Shown here: positions 54,694 to 64,000 of the stretch, piece after piece
How positions within the stretch are numbered: position 1 is the stretch's first letter
How the letters are laid out: each line of letters starts with the position of its first letter
Origin: Eledone cirrhosa
Taxonomy: Eukaryota
Assembly: GCA_964016885.1 (NCBI GenBank)
Contig: OZ024740.1
Span: 133,796,001-133,860,000, forward strand
DNA length: 64,000 nt
Direction of reading: 5' to 3'
The notes under the pieces: model-generated
Seen by the model: only the letters and a program-made list of their open reading frames with translations
What the model was told of the DNA's origin: nothing
Database searches by the model: none
Position numbers and translations under genes: made by a program

Positions 54694-54800
54694 GTACATA
54701 TATATGCATATATATATGTATACGTACATATATATGCATATATATATGCGTACATATACATGCATATGTATGCATATATATATGCATGTATATATATATA

Positions 54801-54846
<46 letters not shown>

Positions 54847-54966
54847 TATAGACATAGAATATTCGAAAATATTCTGTATGTTTATAATAAACATTTTGAA
54901 GACCTAATCGCTATAGAATAGAATACGTCACGTATTACAATTAGATTCTCGATAAAAGCAAGGGAA

Positions 54967-57489
54967 GTAATCTACGCGTTTCATTCTTGTTAGAAATCAT
55001 CAGGACTACATATCCAGTGCTTTTATCGAGAATGACACAGCTAGAGACTTATAGAATACTTAGCTGTGTACAGGAACTGGTTTGAAAGAGCGGTTGCCGG
55101 TCCGGCAGAAATTAGAAATTGGAATAAATGCTCTGAAATAGCGATATATATGTGAATATAGACATAGAATATTCGAAAATATTCTGTATGTTTATAATAA
55201 ACATTTTGAAGACCTAATCGCTATAGAATAGAATACGTCACGTATTACAATTAGATTCTCGATAAAAGCAAGGGAAGTAATCTACGCGTTTCATTCTTGT
55301 TAGAAATCATCAGGACTACATATCCAGTGCTTTTATCGAGAATGACACAGCTAGAGACTTATAGAATACTTAGCTGTGTACAGGAACTGGTTTGAAAGAG
55401 CGGTTGCCGGTCCGGCAGAAATTAGAAATTGGAATAAATGCTCTGAAATAGCGATATATATGTGAATATAGACATAGAATATTCGAAAATATTCTGTATG
55501 TTTATAATAAACATTTTGAAGACCTAATCGCTATAGAATAGAATACGTCACGTATTACAATTAGATTCTCGATAAAAGCAAGGGAAGTAATCTACGCGTT
55601 TCATTCTTGTTAGAAATCATCAGGACTACATATCCAGTGCTTTTATCGAGAATGACACAGCTAGAGACTTATAGAATACTTAGCTGTGTACAGGAACTGG
55701 TTTGAAAGAGCGGTTGCCGGTCCGGCAGAAATTAGAAATTGGAATAAATGCTCTGAAATAGCGATATATATGTGAATATAGACATAGAATATTCGAAAAT
55801 ATTCTGTATGTTTATAATAAACATTTTGAAGACCTAATCGCTATAGAATAGAATACGTCACGTATTACAATTAGATTCTCGATAAAAGCAAGGGAAGTAA
55901 TCTACGCGTTTCATTCTTGTTAGAAATCATCAGGACTACATATCCAGTGCTTTTATCGAGAATGACACAGCTAGAGACTTATAGAATACTTAGCTGTGTA
56001 CAGGAACTGGTTTGAAAGAGCGGTTGCCGGTCCGGCAGAAATTAGAAATTGGAATAAATGCTCTGAAATAGCGATATATATGTGAATATAGACATAGAAT
56101 ATTCGAAAATATTCTGTATGTTTATAATAAACATTTTGAAGACCTAATCGCTATAGAATAGAATACGTCACGTATTACAATTAGATTCTCGATAAAAGCA
56201 AGGGAAGTAATCTACGCGTTTCATTCTTGTTAGAAATCATCAGGACTACATATCCAGTGCTTTTATCGAGAATGACACAGCTAGAGACTTATAGAATACT
56301 TAGCTGTGTACAGGAACTGGTTTGAAAGAGCGGTTGCCGGTCCGGCAGAAATTAGAAATTGGAATAAATGCTCTGAAATAGCGATATATATGTGAATATA
56401 GACATAGAATATTCGAAAATATTCTGTATGTTTATAATAAACATTTTGAAGACCTAATCGCTATAGAATAGAATACGTCACGTATTACAATTAGATTCTC
56501 GATAAAAGCAAGGGAAGTAATCTACGCGTTTCATTCTTGTTAGAAATCATCAGGACTACATATCCAGTGCTTTTATCGAGAATGACACAGCTAGAGACTT
56601 ATAGAATACTTAGCTGTGTACAGGAACTGGTTTGAAAGAGCGGTTGCCGGTCCGGCAGAAATTAGAAATTGGAATAAATGCTCTGAAATAGCGATATATA
56701 TGTGAATATAGACATAGAATATTCGAAAATATTCTGTATGTTTATAATAAACATTTTGAAGACCTAATCGCTATAGAATAGAATACGTCACGTATTACAA
56801 TTAGATTCTCGATAAAAGCAAGGGAAGTAATCTACGCGTTTCATTCTTGTTAGAAATCATCAGGACTACATATCCAGTGCTTTTATCGAGAATGACACAG
56901 CTAGAGACTTATAGAATACTTAGCTGTGTACAGGAACTGGTTTGAAAGAGCGGTTGCCGGTCCGGCAGAAATTAGAAATTGGAATAAATGCTCTGAAATA
57001 GCGATATATATGTGAATATAGACATAGAATATTCGAAAATATTCTGTATGTTTATAATAAACATTTTGAAGACCTAATCGCTATAGAATAGAATACGTCA
57101 CGTATTACAATTAGATTCTCGATAAAAGCAAGGGAAGTAATCTACGCGTTTCATTCTTGTTAGAAATCATCAGGACTACATATCCAGTGCTTTTATCGAG
57201 AATGACACAGCTAGAGACTTATAGAATACTTAGCTGTGTACAGGAACTGGTTTGAAAGAGCGGTTGCCGGTCCGGCAGAAATTAGAAATTGGAATAAATG
57301 CTCTGAAATAGCGATATATATGTGAATATAGACATAGAATATTCGAAAATATTCTGTATGTTTATAATAAACATTTTGAAGACCTAATCGCTATAGAATA
57401 GAATACGTCACGTATTACAATTAGATTCTCGATAAAAGCAAGGGAAGTAATCTACGCGTTTCATTCTTGTTAGAAATCATCAGGACTAC
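54967..57489 (-). ncRNA. Nine type I hammerhead ribozymes (54967-55009, then every 310 bp to 57447-57489)
   Basis: GTAATCTACGCGTTTCATTCTTGTTAGAAATCATCAGGACTAC is the reverse complement of the motif below. Confidence 0.9.
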
Positions 57490-57862
57490 ATATCCAGTGC
57501 TTTTATCGAGAATGACACAGCTAGAGACTTATAGAATACTTAGCTGTGTACAGGAACTGGTTTGAAAGAGCGGTTGCCGGTCCGGCAGAAATTAGAAATT
57601 GGAATAAATGCTCTGAAATAGCGATATATATGTGAATATAGACATAGAATATTCGAAAATATTCTGTATGTTTATAATAAACATACAGAATATTTTCGAA
57701 TATTCTATGTCTATATTCACATATATATCGCTATTTCAGAGCATTTATTCCAATTTCTAATTTCTGCCGGACCGGCAACCGCTCTTTCAAACCAGTTCCT
57801 GTACACAGCTAAGTATTCTATAAGTCTCTAGCTGTGTCATTCTCGATAAAAGCACTGGATAT

Positions 57863-59765
57863 GTAGTCCTGATGATTTCTAACAAGAATGAAACGCGTAG
57901 ATTACTTCCCTTGCTTTTATCGAGAATCTAATTGTAATACGTGACGTATTCTATTCTATAGCGATTAGGTCTTCAAAATGTTTATTATAAACATACAGAA
58001 TATTTTCGAATATTCTATGTCTATATTCACATATATATCGCTATTTCAGAGCATTTATTCCAATTTCTAATTTCTGCCGGACCGGCAACCGCTCTTTCAA
58101 ACCAGTTCCTGTACACAGCTAAGTATTCTATAAGTCTCTAGCTGTGTCATTCTCGATAAAAGCACTGGATATGTAGTCCTGATGATTTCTAACAAGAATG
58201 AAACGCGTAGATTACTTCCCTTGCTTTTATCGAGAATCTAATTGTAATACGTGACGTATTCTATTCTATAGCGATTAGGTCTTCAAAATGTTTATTATAA
58301 ACATACAGAATATTTTCGAATATTCTATGTCTATATTCACATATATATCGCTATTTCAGAGCATTTATTCCAATTTCTAATTTCTGCCGGACCGGCAACC
58401 GCTCTTTCAAACCAGTTCCTGTACACAGCTAAGTATTCTATAAGTCTCTAGCTGTGTCATTCTCGATAAAAGCACTGGATATGTAGTCCTGATGATTTCT
58501 AACAAGAATGAAACGCGTAGATTACTTCCCTTGCTTTTATCGAGAATCTAATTGTAATACGTGACGTATTCTATTCTATAGCGATTAGGTCTTCAAAATG
58601 TTTATTATAAACATACAGAATATTTTCGAATATTCTATGTCTATATTCACAAATATATCGCTATTTCAGAGCATTTATTCCAATTTCTAATTTCTGCCGG
58701 ACCGGCAACCGCTCTTTCAAACCAGTTCCTGTACACAGCTAAGTATTCTATAAGTCTCTAGCTGTGTCATTCTCGATAAAAGCACTGGATATGTAGTCCT
58801 GATGATTTCTAACAAGAATGAAACGCGTAGATTACTTCCCTTGCTTTTATCGAGAATCTAATTGTAATACGTGACGTATTCTGTTCTATAGCGATTAGGT
58901 CTTCAAAATGTTTATTATAAACATACAGAATATTTTCGAATATTCTATGTCTATATTCACATATATATCGCTATTTCAGAGCATTTATTCCAATTTCTAA
59001 TTTCTGCCGGACCGGCAACCGCTCTTTCAAACCAGTTCCTGTACACAGCTAAGTATTCTATAAGTCTCTAGCTGTGTCATTCTCGATAAAAGCACTGGAT
59101 ATGTAGTCCTGATGATTTCTAACAAGAATGAAACGCGTAGATTACTTCCCTTGCTTTTATCGAGAATCTAATTGTAATACGTGACGTATTCTATTCTATA
59201 GCGATTAGGTCTTCAAAATGTTTATTATAAACATACAGAATATTTTCGAATATTCTATGTCTATATTCACATATATATCGCTATTTCAGAGCATTTACTC
59301 CAATTTCTAATTTCTGCCGGACCGGCAACCGCTCTTTCAAACCAGTTCCTGTACACAGCTAAGTATTCTATAAGTCTCTAGCTGTGTCATTCTCGATAAA
59401 AGCACTGGATATGTAGTCCTGATGATTTCTAACAAGAATGAAACGCGTAGATTACTTCCCTTGCTTTTATCGAGAATCTAATTGTAATACGTGACGTATT
59501 CTATTCTATAGCGATTAGGTCTTCAAAATGTTTATTATAAACATACAGAATATTTTCGAATATTCTATGTCTATATTCACATATATATCGCTATTTCAGA
59601 GCATTTATTCCAATTTCTAATTTCTGCCGGACCGGCAACCGCTCTTTCAAACCAGTTCCTGTACACAGCTAAGTATTCTATAAGTCTCTAGCTGTGTCAT
59701 TCTCGATAAAAGCACTGGATATGTAGTCCTGATGATTTCTAACAAGAATGAAACGCGTAGATTAC
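57863..59765 (+). ncRNA. Seven type I hammerhead ribozymes (57863-57905, then every 310 bp to 59723-59765)
   Basis: GTAGTC CTGATGA T TTC TAACAA GAA T GAAA CGCG TA GATTAC: 6-bp stem I, intact core, palindromic stem III ACGCGT, predicted cleavage after A57899. Enclosed by the 16-bp helix ATTCTCGATAAAAGCA/TGCTTTTATCGAGAAT. Confidence 0.92.
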
Positions 59766-59921
59766 TTCCCTTGCTTTTATCGAGAATCTAATTGTAATAC
59801 GTGACGTATTCTATTCTATAGCGATTAGGTCTTCAAAATGTTTATTATAAACATACAGAATATTTTCGAATATTCTATGTCTATATTCACATATATATCG
59901 CTATTTCAGAGCATTTATTCC

Positions 59922-59976
<55 letters not shown>

Positions 59977-59980
<4 letters not shown>

Positions 59981-59990
59981 TATGTATACG

Positions 59991-60046
<56 letters not shown>

Positions 60047-60165
60047 CGTACAGTAGTATGTACTGTACGTCTGTATACATATATGTATGTACGTATACAT
60101 ACTTATAGTTAAGTAACAGCCGTACTAAGAGTGAGAAATGAAATTTCGATTCATTTTTTCCGTTT
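59977..60165. mobile_element. Short fold-back fragment of the ~480-bp family
   Basis: TATACAGACGTACAGTA GTATG TACTGTACGTCTGTATA, followed by TACTAAGAGTGAGAAATGAAATTTCG. Confidence 0.7.
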
Positions 60166-60390
60166 ATATATATATATATATATATAATAATAATAAAATG
60201 TGGAAAATGAAAATGGAAAAATGGAAAAAGATGAGTATTGATGTACATGTACGTCAATACTCATCTTTTTCCATTTTTCTGAGGGTTCTAAACTCCACTA
60301 TCAGGCTAAAGATTTCTTTAATCAAAAATACGATGAAAGCTTATATTTCTAATTTCAAACTCTCTCACTGTTTCAAAATATACTTACTTG

Positions 60391-61315
<925 letters not shown>

Positions 61316-61320
61316 ATATA

Positions 61321-61377
<57 letters not shown>

Positions 61378-61378
<1 letters not shown>

Positions 61379-62335
61379 TAGCTGGCTCGTCCGGCTGGCG
61401 TCCGGCTCCATTGGCGTCTTCTATGGCATCCAGATATATATATATAGCTGAGGTACCTAGCTTCGCTTGGAGAAACAGAAGATAAGCCGTCTGTGTAGTA
61501 TACTATTACTGTTTAAAATATATAGTATAGTATAGTATTAGAGTTAAAAATATATAGTATAGTATAGTATGACTGTTGAAAATATGTACACGAATATATA
61601 ATTAAATATATATATATATAATTAATTAAAAGTTGCTTAGAGGCGAAGTCAATGCAGACAGGCAGACATACAGACAGATATTATAAGCGAGCGACCTTAT
61701 AGCTATGTATCTATCTAAAAAGGCAGAGTAAGAAAGAGAGAGGAATGACGTATTATATATATTATATATAATAAAGTACCAGTAATGTACTGAAATAATT
61801 GCTGGCCTTGTGCCAAAAGTAGAAACAATTATACTTCGTTTTTATACAACTGTAAATAACATGTTTATGTATGTATATATACGTATAAAGGAATGCTATA
61901 ATAAAATGTACAAATTAAACTGTCTCTTATTTATCATACTAACAATATATATATATATGGAGGCACATGGCTTAGTGGTTAGAGCATTGGCCTTGCAATC
62001 GAAAGGTTGTGAGCTCAATTCTCAGACCAGGTGATGTGTTGTTTCCTTGAGCAAGACACTTTATTTCACATTGCTCCAGTTTACTCAGCTGTAGAAATGA
62101 TGATAGGGACTGGGTTCCCTATCATTCCACTGCAAAGTGGTCGTGGAGGTGCCACGGCATATAAGCACCCAGCACTCACTGTAAATGAGGTTGGTGTTAG
62201 GAAGGGCATCCAGCTGTAGAAATCAAGCCAGAATCAGTTCCCGTCCCACCCTTGTAACAGGGAAAAACAGACGTAAAATGATGATGATGATGATGATGAT
62301 GATGATATATTTATATATATATATATATATATACA

Positions 62336-62379
<44 letters not shown>

Positions 62380-62730
62380 TATATATATATACATACACAC
62401 GCAAACAGATAGAGAAGTCAATGTCCAGAAGGGTTTTCATAATGCAGACATACAGAGACATATTATAAGGGCGCGACGTTATAGCTATGTATCTATGTTA
62501 AAGGACAGACTAAAAAAGAGAGAAGAATGTCGTATAGCCGGAAGTGTTGACATTTGAAAATTTTAAAGAAGTGAATATTTAAATAATATCTTTAATCTTT
62601 TAACAAAATTTAGTAGTCAAAAATGCCCTCAGTTTCTTACGTGGAAAAAGTTACATCTATGGTGTAAATTTGGTGCCGTCTGGCGAAATGTTTGTTACAT
62701 ACATACAGCCGTCAGCTTTATAAGTATATA
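61378..62730 (-). mobile_element. Possible fragmented Helitron-like element(s) interrupted by SINEs
   Basis: CTAG next to (TA)n at 61378 with a GC-rich subterminal segment. A ~110-bp block is duplicated (61645-61752 vs 62440-62535). ACATACATACAGCC..CTTTATAAGTATA marks the other end. Confidence 0.35.
61958..62305 (+). mobile_element. Full-length tRNA-derived CORE-type SINE with LINE-like 3' part and (TGA)n tail
   Basis: Box A/B head, CCTTGAGCAAGACACTTTATTTCAC, GTTGGTGTTAGGAAGGGCATCCAGCTGTA, then (ATG)n. Confidence 0.8.
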
Positions 62731-62794
62731 TATATATATATATATATATATCAAAATGAAAATCCGAAGGCAAGGTAAAATTCCAATCATTTAA

Positions 62795-62868
62795 TCACGA
62801 CACATGTTTCAATAAGAAATAGATCGATTGTGAAGCCATGATCGATTATCACTGATCTCATCAGGTGA
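62795..62868 (-). ncRNA. Type I hammerhead with long stem II, inside a small element with ~25-bp inverted repeats (62749-62773 / 62934-62958)
   Basis: Reverse complement: TCAC CTGATGA GAT..ATCGAT..ATCGAT..ATT GAAA CA TG TG TC GTGA. Confidence 0.65.
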
Positions 62869-63439
62869 AAATGAATTGTCTTCAAATTCTTCATATGAGG
62901 GAGAAAAATAACGATGTTCTCTCACAGAATTCATTGCCTTCGGATTTTCATTTTGATACTTATACTCCGTTTTACATCATCTAGCTGTTCCCTTGAATGG
63001 AATTGGAGATATACAAAAGCGTGGAGAACATAATATTGCTAACATAAAGTTATTGGACCATTTTACTCAACCAATAATGCACCTTACTATATATATATAT
63101 ATATTCTATACTGAATTATGCATTAATCAACCGAAGTACTTAAATTTGACCTGTACACACAGTACATGATTTTCAACGCAGCTGCATGTCAGCTTCCTTC
63201 AAATGTTATTAATCGACACTAAACTATTCTAGAAGCCACTTTGCTCATGTGCTACACTATAAGTCAAAACTTGAAAATTTTACTTCAAAAATAAATATTC
63301 TAACATAAAAGGTTAAGTATATGTGTGCGCATAAGGAATAGTTGAGGTAAATTCTCGGTTAGTAACAAGGCAGGAAGCAACCGGAGAAACTGACAAGTCT
63401 TGTTCTAAGCCAGTTCCCACTGAATTTCAGAGAGATGGG

Positions 63440-63850
63440 ATGGGATGAACCTCCCTCGGTGTCACCTATGAGTGTTTCAGTTCCTCGATCAACGGAACGA
63501 ACTGCTCATGAAATTAATGTGCAAGTAGCTGAGCGTTATCTTGACTTGGTTCAAATCCCACCGAGGTTAGCTTTGCCTTCCATCCTTACGGGGTCTATGA
63601 AATAAAGTACCAGTAATATGCTGTGATGGATTTAATTGACTTTTCTCTCCCCCAAAATTGTTGGCTTTGAGCCTAAATCAAAAACCATTCTCTTGACTTG
63701 GTTCACAAAATGAATCAGCATTACACAATGTGTGGCAATGCTAGCCGTTTGAAGTTTTGGTACAGACCATATGACTACCCGAGGCTATGGGAAATGACGC
63801 TTTCCTCATATGCCACGCAGTGGGATCGAACCCATGAGCTGATGATTGCA
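63440..63850. mobile_element. Cluster of SINE fragments
   Basis: GATCAACGGAAC..AATTAATGTGCAAGTAGCTGAGC (also at ~31195), GGTTCAAATCCC..TTTGCCTTCCATCCTTACGGGGTC, and a minus-strand GGGTTCGATCCC box B near 63825. Confidence 0.55.
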
Positions 63851-64000
63851 TGCTACGTACAGTTCAATTGAGATAAAAGCTATATGTAGATTAAAAATTC
63901 CGTTTTATGTTATGATTGGGTTTACCTTATTACATCAACGTTACCTATTGGTAGTAGTATGACAAGCGTTAAAAATTCTCTTTACACAACTAAATCTCTA

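Larger units (their letters stand above)
54844..59925. repeat. Palindromic tandem array of a 310-bp hammerhead-containing unit (non-LTR-retrozyme-like): ~9.1 units inverted + ~7.25 units forward
   Basis: Unit starts at 54844, 55154, 55464 ... 57634 (period 310). The inversion centre is A57676 (..CTGTATGTTTAT A ATAAACATACAG..). Units are essentially identical; I saw 3 substitutions in the right arm. Both ends run into (TA)n. Confidence 0.97.

Noticed and set aside
57000-58400. Palindrome as a pure sequencing or assembly fold-back artefact
   Set aside because: The arms are unequal (9.1 vs 7.25 units), have different flanks, the right arm has private substitutions (~58652, ~58883, ~59298), and a diverged relative inverts at the homologous site. 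Not fully excluded without reads, and the exact copy number may be mis-assembled.
54844-59925. CRISPR array, or a 5S rRNA/snRNA/tRNA tandem cluster
   Set aside because: Units are identical end to end with no variable spacers, there are no cas genes, and the context is eukaryotic. I see no resemblance to 5S, U snRNA or tRNA sequences.

Overview
AT-rich metazoan nuclear DNA, probably a cephalopod (octopus-like); this is an inference from the SINE families and the extreme (TA)n content. No complete host gene is visible. There is one good candidate 84-bp coding exon (50076-50159). The window is mostly (TA)n/(CA)n/(GA)n microsatellites that carry nested retroelement insertions. These include a decayed full-length RTE LINE, 3' fragments of RTE, CR1, CRE, Dong/R4 and Tx1-like LINEs, tRNA-derived SINEs, probable non-autonomous Helitrons, and at least six Penelope-like element (PLE) fragments. 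By eye I find roughly 45 type-I hammerhead ribozyme (HHR) motifs, intact or degenerate. The main feature is a ~5.1-kb palindrome (54844-59925) built from a near-identical 310-bp non-coding unit, each copy carrying one HHR: 9 on the minus strand and 7 on the plus strand. This is a non-LTR-retrozyme-like array. It inverts exactly at a small hairpin inside the unit, and a diverged 313-bp relative at 12.3-12.9 kb inverts at the homologous position. Many other HHR elements share the same head-to-head layout, with 3' ends pointing outward into (TA)n. The long YIYI/VCVC ORFs in the track are microsatellite artefacts. All structures were read by eye and none was computed.
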